From positions 496,001 to 560,000 of the forward strand of contig MU058000.1 in the NCBI GenBank assembly GCA_013265495.1: 64,000 nucleotides of DNA. Reading direction: 5' to 3'. Below are positions 36,680 through 49,440 of the stretch, piece by piece (position 1 is the first letter of the stretch; each line of letters begins with the position of its first letter). The position numbers were made by a program, and so were the translations under genes. The stretch is from Vicugna vicugna. Taxonomy: Eukaryota. Under the pieces are notes generated by a model. The model was not told where the DNA came from. It did not search any database and saw only the letters and a program-made list of their open reading frames with translations.

Positions 36680-39100
36680 CTGAACATCTCTGCAGTTTTT
36701 TATTTTCCTAACCAACCCTCCCTTTCTCGAATTCTCGCCTCCTTTGGTTTCCTTGATATTGTTCTGTCCTCCCTCTTTTTGACATCTTACCCTGGCTACT
36801 CTTCCTCAGTCGCTTTTCCTGACTTTCCTATTTCACTTCATTTCATTTCATTTTGTTCACTTCCTTAAATACCAGTTCTTTGTTTATTTTGTCCTAATTC
36901 CTTTATTCCCTCCCCTCCTTGAATAAATCCTCCCATTCCTTTGGCTTCGCAATTACCTAATACGACTAATTCCTAAATGAGCATCTCTAGGCCTGACTTG
37001 TTCCTACAACTCAGGCTTGTATTACAAACTTCCTTCCAAGTAGCATCACTTTGATGTCCCACAGGCACTTCCAACAGCATATCCAAAATAAACTCATCAT
37101 CTTCCTCCTAAACTGTTCCTTCTCTTCTCCTTTTAACAACGCCACCATTTAGTGGCCTATAAGCTAAAAACCTCAAATTCCCCTTCAGCTCTTCCTTTTC
37201 CCTGATCTCCTCTATACAGTTGCCTATTTGGCTATATTCATTCATTCATTGATTCATTCATTCAACAAATACCTATTGAGCCTTCTTTGTGCCTGGCACT
37301 CTGCTAAATGTGTCACATACAACAGTTGACAATACTCATGGAGCCTCCAGTGTCCTTCCTAAGAGAGTGATAATTGCCATGATGGGGGTCAGTTAAGGGT
37401 CCTGTGGGAACTCATATAAGACATCTATTATCTGGATGGGGGTGTGGTCAGGGAAGGCTTCCTGGAGGAAATGGTGCCTAATTCGCAGTCTGCATTTATC
37501 TGGCCAAAATGCAAAAGGTAGAAAGACAGTTCCAAGCAAAAGAGAAAAGAACTGTCAGTGAGATTAAAAACAAATTTGTTGAGACTGGAGCTTAGGCTGA
37601 GATTGGGGACAGTAGAGAAAAAACTGTAAGCGAATACAGGGCCTTGTGAATCATTTGAAGGAGTTTGACATCTTCCCTAACGACCAAGCCACTGAATGAT
37701 TATAAGCAGGAAAGTGACAGATCAGATGTTTTAGAAACATTCCCTGGATGTGCTGTGGGAACAGGGCAGAAGTAGAGCAAGACTTGAGACAGGAAGCTAG
37801 TGAAGAGGTTGATACAGTGCCCCAGGGGAAAGGGGATGAGAACTGAATGGTGATGGTTGAGTGGGAATAAAGAAAGGTGGCCGGCTTTGAGAAATAAATA
37901 CAGGAGAACAGACAGACTTGAGAGTTGGTTGATTTGGAGGGGGAGGGAAGTGGAGAACTTCATCGAAGTTTCTGACTAGGACACCTGTGTGGCTGATGAG
38001 CCTCTCTACTGAGGTAGTGAGGTTTTCTGTGCATTTGCTGTGGTGGTGCGGGGTTAAGTCAGGAATTCAGTTTGAGGCAGATGGCATTTAAAGTGCGTTT
38101 GAGGTATCAAGCAACTGTGTCTAGTGGCTAGCAGGACATAGTGTTTTCATTCATTCGTTCAGGAAATATTTATTCAGTCCCTAGTATGAATCACTCATTG
38201 TTCCAAGACACAGGGACACAGAAGGAACAAAGGGACAAAGATCCATCTCCCTGTGGAGTTTACATTCGAATGAAAAGAAATAGACAAGGAACCAAAATAA
38301 ATACATATTAATTCAAAAGTGAATAATAGATATGGCAAAAAGGAAAAAATGAAAGTAGAGTCAGGAGGACTGGAAGTGCTGGGTATTACATAAGGGCACT
38401 CAGGAGAGATTTAAGTGAAGACTGAGACTGGAGAGTCATATTCATTCAGGTAAAAGGAACTAGGACCAGGTTTGAAAGGCAGTGGTAGAGAGGAAGAGGC
38501 TAAAAAAACTGAAGAAAGAACAATTTTAACTGAAGAAAGAACGATTTTAACAGGATGAGATCCCTAAGGAGGCAGAAGGGAATGGGGTCCAAATAGATAG
38601 ATTGATCTTCTACAGGAAGCTGGGCACCTTTTATATTACAATTAGAAAGTTGTAGTAAGAGATGGGACAGGTGGAGGTAACTTAGTAGGTTTATTGGAGG
38701 GGAGTTCAAGGAATTCTCATCTCAAGGTTTCAATCTTTTCTACAAATTATTACACGATTACCTACCAATATGGAGGGTGGAATGGGCAGAATTAGAAATC
38801 TAAGAAGGCTTGAGGTAAAATGGTGGGCAGTAAAGGGAGAGTTGACTGGGACATACAGGATATTCGGGCAGATATGAAGATCCTGATGAGGACCCTGCTA
38901 GGGAGACTGCTAGACTCTCCAGTCTGGATTAAGAGACCCTGAATCCCATCAGAACACTTACCACGCTATATGTTAATCCCATTTATCTGTCTGTATCTCC
39001 CACTACTGTAAGTTCCCTGAAGCTCGAGAACAAGTCTGGTTGCTCCATGCCCATTTACTGACATACAGTCATTGTTTAATAGATATGTGTTAAATGAAAT
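36680..39100. mobile_element. Cluster of L2 fragments in both orientations
   Basis: Several (ttca)n L2 termini (about 37237 and 38148), pyrimidine- and purine-rich L2 bodies. Confidence 0.75.
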
Positions 39101-39159
39101 CGTACACACATACATGAATAATAGTTAAAGAGCTATCGTATCTAGTGGGCAAGAGAGAG

Positions 39160-39292
39160 ACTATGGTATCCTTAGGTAGGTTTTCGTGGGACGACACAAA
39201 TTCTCCCCTTATTCTGGCATCATTATTAGTAGCACCTTGTTTTAACTCACAAAAATATCCTATTTTGGATGATAATTATATGGTTACCCTAG
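39160..39292. mobile_element. MER94-like hAT-Blackjack MITE
   Basis: ttttggatgataattatatggttaccct terminus; cattattagtagcacc. Confidence 0.65.
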
Positions 39293-39949
39293 GGATTACA
39301 TAAGACTTACATGCTAAGAAAAAATTTGAGGAAGAGGTGGGATCTGATTTTTCCTGGTTTTTAAAAGGGGATAAGCAAGCAGGTAAGCACATGTTGTCTT
39401 TGCAGCTAAGCTGTAAGAGCCTTCTAAGGAGGCATCATTCACTTGGAGAAAATGGAACTTCAGTTATTATCACATGGGTTGAATGACTGTTCCACTGAAA
39501 ACTTGAGAAAGCTTTGCACCTCCTAAACTAAGAAATTCAGGAGAAAATTTGGAGCAATGAATATGATGCAAAATTAGGAAAACAAGTTTTCAGCCTTCAA
39601 AAGTAATCGTCCTTTGGATGGCCCAGCCTCAACCATTATAAATCCCTGTGACCTCTACACAGTAAATTAATTCTTTTCAACATCTAAGTTTTTTCCCTCT
39701 ATGTTACAGATACTATATTTGGGTCAAAATAATTTATGTAGTGTTATCCACAAATGTCAATGGCTTAAGAGACCTGATAAATCAAAGGATAATTGTTTAG
39801 TTAATACGTAATTCAAAACAGAAAGCACAGGACCTTTAAGAATACACACAATACGCACGATAAAAACTCAACTGGAACAGTCAGCACCCCTCTTATAAAC
39901 ATTGTATTAGTGGAAATATTTTACTGGCAGATTTAATTCAAACTATAGG

Positions 39950-40130
39950 CCAGTAGTTTTTAACCCTGCCTGCACATTAGAATCATCTGGGAAGCTTTTT
40001 AAAAGTAAAAGTGTTTGTCCCATCCCTCATAAGCTAATTAATTATTCTGGACCAAATCATAGACATCTGATGTTTTAAAAGCCTCCCTGATAGTTCAGTT
40101 GTATCACCAGGGTTGAGAATCTCTGCCCTG
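39950..40130. mobile_element. MER5-family MITE
   Basis: cagtagtttttaaccctgcctgcacattagaatcatctgggaagctttt...ccagggttgagaatctctg (terminal inverted repeats). Confidence 0.85.
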
Positions 40131-40589
40131 GCTACAGGTGGACACCATCTGTTAATCATTAATTTTTTTTTCAAAAGTCATAGAAATGCCTCTCAGTGAA
40201 AAAGCAGTCATTGTATCTGGTTGCATTAGTCAGTCTCATTACAAGATGAAATTTAAGGAGACTCTGAAACATCATTCCCTATGTATTCTTGACAAGTTGT
40301 ATTTAGAAGGGTCTTTTTCCTCCTTTTTAGTGCTTAAAACTTTTATCTGTGCTACCTTTGGCTTACAGAGTTCAAAACAAACCTTGAGTTTTTAACCTCA
40401 TCAAAATCAACAAGAGAGGTTTTAAGAGAGTACACAGTCACCACCCTATGGAACGTTCTGCTAGAGAATTGTGGCTTTCCCTTCATTTTCTTTGAAACTA
40501 CATCTCTATTAGGGACTCCATCAAAAATGCCTCATTCATTCATGTGTTCTTTTCTAACATCTTTCATTTTCTGATATTTTGAGTAACTC

Positions 40590-40920
40590 ACCTATTCATT
40601 CATTTACTCATTCTTTCATTCAACACATTTATTGGAAGGCTACTACACACCAAGCACTATGAAACATACTTAGAATTCAGTGTCCACCAGAAACAGACAC
40701 AGTTCTCCATTTCAGAGAACTTGCAGTCTCAGGCGACAACATAAATCAGTTATCATCCCAACAGTTGCACCCTTTCACGGTGATAATTAGCGAAAGGAGA
40801 AGTTCATGGTGCCATGAGGAAATACTATGGGAAATCTGACCTAATCAGTAAATTTGTGGAAAGCTTCTACAGGAAGTTATCAGTTGAATGAAACCTGAAG
40901 GACGAGTTGGACTAATTGAA
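40590..40920 (-). mobile_element. L2 3' fragment
   Basis: ttcattcatttactcattc...caacacatttattg; acctgaaggacgagttgga. Confidence 0.75.
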
Positions 40921-41121
40921 ACTTGCGAAACTTTAAGGTATCACAAGATCTGAAAAAAGTAGTCACTAATTTTAATGTGATTAGGGAGAAACCATGAGGC
41001 TTGTTCACGTTGCATGATCGGGGAAGCCCCTGACAAGGAAGTTACATCAAAATTAATAGCATGTCTGGAGTTTACAAGCCTACTAACTTTCTTCTTTGTC
41101 TTATATTTTTGTGACATTCAG

Positions 41122-41196
41122 CTACTTATCAATAGATGCAACTCTGCAGCGGCTGGAATCACATTCCTTCTACAATTTGAGTAAAATGACTCACAT
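41122..41196 (+). CDS. TSHR: TSHR coding exon 3 (75 nt): (I)[24 protein letters not shown](I)
   Basis: Acceptor gacattcag, donor gtaagt. In frame with exon 2. Matches [29 protein letters not shown]. Confidence 0.98.
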
Positions 41197-41341
41197 GTAA
41201 GTACCATGGAAAGTGCAGCATAGATCCAAACCATAGCCACTCTTGATCGATAATTTGGGGGGCTCCAGATGGCAATCACAGCTGGTTTCTAGAATGTGGC
41301 TCAAAATTTCTGCTTATGATTAAATTCTTGTTCTCACCCTT

Positions 41342-42370
41342 TTTTTTTTAAACAGAAGGAGTGTTTTTTTTAAATTTTTTATTGATTTATAATCATTTTA
41401 CAATGTTGTGTCAAATTCCAGTGTAGAGCACAGTTTTTCAGTCATACATGATATATTCATTGTCACATTTTTTTTTCTGTGAGCTACCATAAGATCTTGT
41501 GTATATATCCCTGTGCTATACAGAATAATCTTGTTTTTCTATTCTACAATTTTGAAATCCCATCTATCCCTTCCCACCCCCTGCCCCCTTGGCAACCACA
41601 AGTTTATATTCTATGTCTATGAGTCTATTTCTGTTTTGTATTTATGCTTTGTTTTTGTTGTTTTTCTTCTTTGGTTTTTTCTTAGACTCCACATATGAGC
41701 AATCTCATATAGTATTTTTCTTTCTCCTTCTGGCTTACTCAACTTAGAATGACATTCTCCAGATGCATCCATGTTGCTGCAAATGGCATTATGTTGTTGG
41801 TTTTTATGGCTGAGTAATATTCCATTGTATAAATATACCACATCTTCTTTATCCAGTCATCTGTTGATGGATATTTAGACTGTTTCCATGTCTTGGCTAT
41901 TGTAAATAGTGCTGCTATGAACATTGGGGTGCAGGTGTCATCCTGAAGTAGGGTTCCTTCTGGATATATGCCCAGGAGCGGGATTCCTGGGTCATACGGT
42001 AAGTCTATTCCTAGTCTTTTGAGGAATCTCCATACTGTTTTCCACAGTGGCTGCACCAAACTGCATTCCCACCAGCAGTGTAGGAGGGTTCCCTTTTCTC
42101 CACAGCCTCTCCAGCATTTATCATTTGTGGATTTTTGAATGATGGCCATTCTGACTGGTGTGAGGTGATACCTCATTGTAGTTTTGATTTGCATTTCTCT
42201 GATAATTAGTGATATGGAGCATTTTTTCATGTGCCTATTATCCTTGGAGAATTGCTTGTTTAGGGCTTTTGCCCAGTTTTGGATTGGGTTGGTTGGTTGT
42301 TTCTTATTAAGTCATATGAGCTGCTTATATATTCTGGAGATCAAGCCTTTGTCGGTTTCGTTTGCAAAAA
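41342..42370 (-). mobile_element. Young lineage-specific L1, 5'-truncated, with 14-bp TSD ttgttctcac(c/t)ctt
   Basis: Open 163-aa ORF2 C-terminus (41739-42230). TSD at 41328-41341 and 42371-42384, followed by AA (TCTT/AA endonuclease site). Confidence 0.96.
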
Positions 42371-42614
42371 TTGTTCTCACTCTTAATTTTATGAATTCAC
42401 CCTAATTCTGTCTTCCATGGTTGGAAATTAAAGACAAAATTAGAAGTCCTCTTCTAGAATTGTCATTTCATTCTATTACTACTGATTTTATTGGCATGAA
42501 TATCAGTGAGTCAATAAATATTTACTGACTACGTACTGGATTCCAGGGCCCGTGCAAGTTTCTGCAAAACTAACATTTTTTTCCTCAGTTAGGAAAGAGA
42601 AATGTAGCCTTGTG

Positions 42615-43300
42615 AGACTACAACAGGAGGGAAGTTAAGAGCTCTGGCTTTGGAGTTGGTCAGAGTCAGTTTAAAACCCTGGTTTCTTTGCCTCCTCATT
42701 ATCTCTCCTTGATGCTCCCTGGTGGTCTTGTGGTCAGGGCTCGGCGACCTCATTATCTAACCTTGACAGATCATGTACTCTTTCCTAATCTCAGTTTCCT
42801 CATTTGTGAAATAATAGTAATAAGAGTTCCAACTTAATATTGTTATTACCTAATGCATGTAAGCTTTTAGCACAGTGCCTACCACATAAAAACCAGACAA
42901 TACACTTCATAAATAATTATTGTTTTTATTTCTGTAGTACCTTATACTCTATAAGAAAGCCTTACATAAATAATCACATCACATTCTTTTAAGCAGCCAT
43001 GTATTATGAAATATTAGTTCCATTTTCTCGATGAGGAAACAAAAATAGCTATCATCTATGGATACCTAGTACGTTCCAGACATTATGCTAAACATTTTAT
43101 GTACTCTATTTAACCTTCAAAAAACAACCCCATGAAGTAGAGATTATCATTTGTATTACTTATTTAAGAAAAACACAAATGTAGAGAGACTAAATATGTT
43201 ATTCTAGGTCACACAGTTACTAAGGGAAAGGGCCAGAATTTTTATGTCATAAATACCTGACTCAAAAATTCTTTCCCTATGGGCTACAGTATGCTACCTT
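42615..43300. mobile_element. MIR cluster
   Basis: gttaagagctctggctttggag; ctcagtttcctcatttgtgaaa; ccattttctcgatgaggaaac; ggtcacacagttactaag. Confidence 0.75.
42716..42747 (+). pseudogene. 5'-half tRNA-Glu(CTC) retrocopy (tailless retropseudogene) with 19-bp TSD
   Basis: tccctggtggtcttgtggtcagggctcggcg vs tRNA-Glu-CTC TCCCTGGTGGTCTAGTGGTTAGGATTCGGCG (27/31). Flanked by cctcattatct(ct/aa)ccttga at 42694-42712 and 42748-42766. Confidence 0.8.
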
Positions 43301-43329
43301 CAAGAATACTGAGGCCCAGAAAGTTGCCT

Positions 43330-46300
43330 CCAGCTATGGTAGGCAAGCTTACATCATTAGATCAACCATCAGTCTGAGGACAACTATAGGAGCTGGGGAA
43401 AAGAATCTGTTTAAAGGTATCTGAGTGTTATAAAGGCAGCAAGAACTGGAGGGGAGAGAAGCAAACCCCCAAAACAACATTTGATTGTTTTCCTCTTGAA
43501 GTAGTTTCTGCATTGTAAACAGCAGTCGGGAGGCTGACCAGAGGTTACAGCGGTCTCATAGAGCTAGGGAAATAAAAATTGGAGCTCAAGGCTTGCTAAG
43601 TAGATGATTCCTAGTAAATACCTAAGGATTTTAGCTGGGATCCCTAAAGAGCTTCATCCTAGAAGAATAGGATAATGGGAAATAAGATCAGCCTTCACAA
43701 CGACAAAAGCCCAGGTTTGAATAAATAAAAAATAGCCAAGCCTACAAAAAAAAAAAAGAATTTATGTTAGAAATCAAGAGATGAAAATAGACAACAGAAA
43801 ACAATCCACAGGAGATTTAAATGTTGGAGTTATCAGACACAAACTTTAAAATAACGGTAAGTAATATATTTAAAATTTTAATTGACAAGATAGAGAATTT
43901 CAGAATAAAACTGGAAATTATTTTTGAAAGGATCAAATGGAAACTCTAGAACTTAAAAATTCAATAGCTAAAATAAAACCTGAATACTTGAGTTTAGCAG
44001 CAGATTATACATAGCTCAAAAGAGAATCAGTAACCTAGAAGTTATGTCAGAAAAATTTATCCAACCTGAAGCATAGAGAGCATAAGAAAATAAGGAATAT
44101 GTGGCACAGTAAAAAGTCTAGGATAACTATAATTGTATCCTAAGAAAATGAAGAGAACGAAGGAAGCAATAGTTGAAGAAATTTTTTAAAATTTCAAAAT
44201 TCATGAGGCATCAAGTCACAGATACAAAAAGTACTGCAACTCCAAAAGAATAAATACAAAGAAAACCACATCAAGGCACATCATAGTTAAAAAAAAATTG
44301 CTAAAACTCAAAGAAAGAGAACATTGTAAGAAGCAGCCAAAGGGGAAAAAATACATAACACTTTCAAAGAAGGAACAAGACCGAAAGCTGACTTTTCAAC
44401 AGGAATAATGGAATCCATAAAGCAATGGAAAGATACCTGCAAAAAGGAGAGTAACAAACATAACAGCAAATACTCTGCCAACCTAGCAGAAAGATTCTTT
44501 GAAATTGAAGACAAAAGAAAGACATTTCAAGGAAACAAAAATTGAGAGAATTCATCACCATTAGGCTCATACTAAAGAAACTGCTAAAGGGAATTATTAA
44601 GGCAAAAGGAAAAAAAAATCCTGCATGATAGCATGGAGGTACATGGAGGAAATGAAAAGCAAAAGGAAAGCAAAGTATAAATTAGCCTTGACTGTACAAA
44701 ACAAAACAACATGTCCTTTGGGGTTTAAAATACTGGCAGTCTTTGCTCTGCACCGTAGTGCTGGATCATAAAGCTGTGCATGCCGAAACTGTGCAAAGCA
44801 ATCTTAATCGAACAAATATAATTGTCTTGTGACTCAAAAATTCCTGTCAAAACATTAAAATCTCTCTTACTATTGTTTCTTTGCTGCACTTCCGTCTTTG
44901 TTGGTCAATTCCCTCTTTCAACTGTTCACTTTTACAAAATGTCGTGGATTTATCTCTGAGAGACATGCAGGCAACACATCTGCACACTTTATCCTTTGTG
45001 CTTGAACTGTGTAAGAGACGCTCAGTGACCAATCACCAATGACTTTGAAAGAAGTGATGTAACAGGTTGCCTATCATGATGTGCACCTGCTATTTACATA
45101 ATGCTTTGTGGACTGAAGAGCTGGCAGCAAGATTTGTGCTTTATGTAACTACTCACAATAGTAACTGAAACTTGAACCATGTTGTCGGAGCCAATTATCT
45201 AAATTTAACTAAATCATGATAACTGAACTTCATGCATAACAAGGAACCATGCAAAATAAGGACTGCCTGTATACATAGAATTCAAATACACAATAGCAAA
45301 CAAAGGTTGGGAGGGTTATAAATAGTGTTAATGTATTCTAAGGTTCTTGAATTGCCTAGGAAATGGTAAAAGTACTAACTTTTATTAGACTTCTGCAAAT
45401 AATGAATAAATTAATCCATAGGGTAACAACTAAAATAATTGTAAAAGAATGGATAAATAATAAGCTAATAGTAGTGAGGAGTGGAATAATAAAAAATTAA
45501 TACAAAAGGACAAGAAATTAGAAGAAATAAAGAACTTCTAGAACAAACAGTAGATTTAACCCCAAGTAATCAGTATTTGCATTAACTGCATAAAAGGACT
45601 AAACACTCCAATTAAAATACAAAGATTGCCAGGTAGGCTAATTAAAAAATTTCAACTGTATCCTGCTTATGTATATGAGAGACACACTATAAATATAATG
45701 ATATAGAAAAATTGAAAGTATAAGGATAAAAATATTAACATGAAAATAATAACCAAGAGAAAACCGACATAAATATACATATATATATAAAGCATGAAAC
45801 CTTACTATATATAAAAATAGAGATTTTATTGTGATAAAGAGGATTACTACACCAAAAAGATGTGATTCTAAATTTGAATATCTATAAGAGCATAGCTTCA
45901 AACCATATAAAGCAGAAAATGACAGAACTAAAAAAAATAAAATAGGATAAATCCACAATCATAGTGGGTATTTTTTTAATATAGCTTTATCTGATAGAAC
46001 ATATATACCAAAAAAATAAGTAATAATACCAGTAAGAAATGAATAAGGATGGAAGATTTGAACAACATAATTTACAAACTTAACTTTATTGACTTATATA
46101 AAATATTGTATCCAACAATTACTGAGTAGATATTCTTTTCAAGGAAACGTAGAACATTTATCAAAATTGACCATATGCAGGGTGTTGAAAGCAAGTCTCA
46201 GTAGGTTACAAAAATCAAGCATATTCTCTGGCTAGTAAACAATACACTCTGAATAACCATGGATCAAAGAAGAAATCACAACAGGTGTTATAAAATGATT

Positions 46301-46430
46301 TTAACTAAATGTCAATAAAAGTATGACAAATCAAAACCTATATGATGCAATTAAAGTCATACTCAGAAGAAAATATATAGCTTTAAGAAAAGAAGGCTGA
46401 AAATAAAAAATTTATGTATCTTTCACAATA
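43330..46430 (+). mobile_element. Ancient L1 (5' UTR/ORF1/ORF2 start), split by a Tigger element
   Basis: atcaaatggaaactctagaacttaaaaa; gctgacttttcaacagga; ggatcaaagaagaaatcaca. Confidence 0.8.
44733..45269. mobile_element. TcMar-Tigger non-autonomous element with TA TSD
   Basis: ta|ctggcagtctttgctctgca ... tgcaaaataaggactgcctg|ta inverted termini. Confidence 0.85.
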
Positions 46431-47519
46431 GATTTCTAAAGAAATGGTGAATTAAAATAAAGAAAGTAGAACATACCCAAGAAAACTGAGAATTCAGGTG
46501 AGTAAGGACAAGAGTTAAAATTTAAACCCAAATCTCCAGACTCCAAATACAATGTCCATTTATCGTACCATTTTGCTTCTCTGCACCTCTCACCAAAAAA
46601 AATCAAGGCAACTAATTTGTAATAAACCTCTCTACAAACGCTGCGGCTCATAAAAGCAACTGTTTCATTTTTATTACAGCCTTTTTCTCATAAAGATTCT
46701 GGTTGTTAACATTTCTCTTATAAATGTCAATTTTCCCTCTCTGAGCAAAGGCATTAACTTCCTAGAGCAAAGGAAACTATTAAATACAATGACTAAAATG
46801 AAGATTAAATTGAAAATGCATTTTTAAAAAGCTATTTTCCTTATGTAGATGAAGTATTGAGAGCCTAATATCTTAGAAAAGAAGAGAATAACTTATCTCG
46901 CAGTCTTCAAATTTTCCTGCTATAAATCCAACATTAGTATCTGCAAATGGTTCTAGTCAGCATGAAGGATTAATAAAGACTTAAGATACCAAAGTCAATA
47001 CAGGATGATTTGTTTAATCCATAGACCACATAGTACTATCAACCAAACTTCCCTGGCATTCCTGAGCATAGAAGTAAAGCCATGTTCTTTATTTAGGAAA
47101 CAGCTCTTCACCATGTAGATATTAAACTAGGAAGCACTGATTTCAGTGAATCTTGCCAGCACTTATTGATAAGCCTCAGTGAGAACACCAGCAGTTAACA
47201 TAATGTTACTCTGTCTCATGAATGTGTTTCCTTCCTCATCTGCCCTCCCTCTGCCCCTTTTTTGGCCATGTGATTTGGTAAATAGACGGAGGTAGAGCCA
47301 TGGAGAACACACACTTCATCGTTCCAACTTCTAATCATCTCTTCAGTGCCTTTTCAGCCTTCTCCTCTCAAAACTCAATTTTTGTCCTCTGACATGGTTT
47401 CCCAATTCGTGTTTAGATTTTGTTCTGTGATATGAATTGGGGTGGTAGAATATAAACATCTAAATTGTCTTTTTTGTTAGTGATCTAGAGCCAGCATTCC
47501 AAAGGTAAAAAGTTACACA

Positions 47520-48450
47520 TTCATTCATTCAGTAGATACCATAGGTTTAACACTGCGCTAAAGCTGTGGCCATTGCATCTTACAGCTAAACATATACAGG
47601 ATTCATAATGGTGGATTATTCTATTTTTGTCCAAACCGTCTTCCCGTGGCCTCTCTGATACCACACTCCCAGCTGTCCTCCAACCATGCTGGTCAGTCTT
47701 TCTCAATCTCCTTTGCTAGCATCTTCTCCTTCACCACTTCTATCTAAATGTTGAGGTTCCATACAGCCCAGTCCTGTGTCCTCTTCTCTCCTTATTCTGT
47801 ATTCTCCCCATGTGATCTTATCTAACAATTTTCAAACCTACAGACCTAGTCCAGCCCTCTCTTTTTTAGTGTTGGGCCATTTACCTATTGGTTGCATCTC
47901 CTCAGATGTCTTACATGTATCTCTCACTGCTTTAAATACCCCAAACTGAAATCTACCTCTCCCCTGAAATCTGCAACTCCTCCAGTATTTGCTGAGCCAC
48001 TAAATGGTACCTCCATTCATCTATCTGCAAATCTCAGGTACCTGAGGGGATTACTATGCCTTCTTTCCTCATCACCCACTTCTAATCTTTCAGCAAGTCC
48101 TGTCGATTCTACTACCGTGACGTATAAAAAATTCATCCTCTTTCTCTCCACCACCACCACCCTTGTCCAAGTCACCACTGTCTCCTGTTTGGACTACAGT
48201 AATTTCACAGCCTAACTGGTCTTTCCAGTTTTGGCTTCCTCTAATTTATTTCTGAACAACAGCCCCAGTGATTTTTCTCTTAGGATAAAATCGAAAGTCT
48301 TCAACATAAACTTCCAGGTCCAGGTCTTCTGCTGGCTCTGCCTGCCTCTGCCTCTTCATATCACTCCATTCCTGTACACCTGTGTTCTTTAGTTCCTTGA
48401 ACAGTCCGAGATCTTCCTCACCTTAGGGCCTTCACGTCCTTTTGCCTCGG
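47520..48450. mobile_element. L2 fragments
   Basis: ccttgtccaagtcaccactgtctcctgtttggactac; cagcctaactggtctttcc. Confidence 0.75.
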
Positions 48451-48454
48451 TCCA

Positions 48455-48775
48455 ACTACACGATGGGAAGACCATAGGGGGAGGCCCTGAGATTACATGG
48501 AGATGGAGAAGTGGCCAGCAGCGTGTAGCCTTCTAACAACCCCCATCAGAGCCAGGCATAGAAGCACAACCGTCTTGGATGCTCCAGATTGATCCAGACA
48601 CCAGCTGTGTACCAACCAGTGAGCCCAGTGGATGCCACATCCACACAGAAGAAACTCTTGAGTTTAGCACTTCCTGAAATCCTAATCCATAAATTTTGAG
48701 CTATAATAAAATGGTTGCTATTTTAGCTGTTTAGTGTGGGGTAATTTGTTATGCAACAATAGATGGCCAGAAGAG
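48455..48775 (+). mobile_element. MaLR LTR 3' part (MLT1 family)
   Basis: ataataaaatggttgctattttagctg...ggggtaatttgttatgcaacaataga. Confidence 0.8.
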
Positions 48776-48904
48776 GTGACAATTATGTATCAGTTAACAA
48801 TGGGTCAAAGACACTGAGAATCTGTAAGAGAAAACTACAAGAATGGCAGGTTTCTTTGTAAATTATTGAGGATCCTAAGCGATTACAAATCAGTTGTTCT
48901 CAAG

Positions 48905-49045
48905 TTTTGTTTTGTTTTGGGTAGGGAAACTAATTAGGTTTGTTTGTTTGTTTGTTTGTTTATGGAGCTACTGGGGATTGAACCCAGGATCTTGTGCATG
49001 CTAAGCATGCAGTCTACCACTGAGCTATACCCTCCCTCCCCACCC
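48905..49045 (-). mobile_element. tRNA-Ala-derived SINE (vic-1-like) with (AAAC)n tail
   Basis: Reverse complement ggagggtatagctcagtggtagactgcatgcttagcatgcacaagatcctgggttcaatccccagtagctcca plus a cctaatta tail. Degenerate TSD cagtt.t.ctca. Confidence 0.9.
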
Positions 49046-49219
49046 CAGTTCTCCTCAGTTTTAAACTAGCTGGGATACTGGTTGGACCCAAAGGTGTACA
49101 TCTCATGAAAACTTATACCTGCAAATTGATGAAATACTGGCCACTTCCATCTTCCATTTCATTTCCTTTATAAAGAGGCCAATGGCATATAGTAGATCGT
49201 TGCTGTTGTTACTCCTATT

Positions 49220-49440
49220 AATAGCAGCTGCCAATTACTGAATGCCTTTTATGGGCAAGCACTCTGCTAAAAGTGCTTCACATATACTGTTCCATTTAAT
49301 CACACTAACCCTCAGTTTCCACTATGTAAAAATGAAGATGGAAATATATTTGTCACAGGGCTCTCACCCAAGTTCACTTAGCTAAGAAATTTCAGGGTCA
49401 GAATTTGAAACCAAGAGTATCTGCCTCCAAAACCAATGCA
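49220..49440 (-). mobile_element. MIR
   Basis: caattactgaatgccttttatgggcaagcactctgctaa; cagaatttgaaaccaagagtatctgcctccaaa. Confidence 0.7.

Noticed and set aside
41739..42230. 163-aa ORF (and similar ORFs at 748-1095, 18507-18896, 21734-21991, 23330-23521)
   Set aside because: C-terminal pieces of L1 ORF2p in truncated elements, not host genes.
101..42370. Strand bias of younger L1 insertions relative to TSHR
   Set aside because: About five antisense versus four sense copies; no meaningful bias in so small a sample.
48960..49040. Apparent tRNA-Ala gene (also 32393-32467)
   Set aside because: Mismatched stems, SINE-type tail and flanking duplications mark these as SINE copies, not functional tRNAs.
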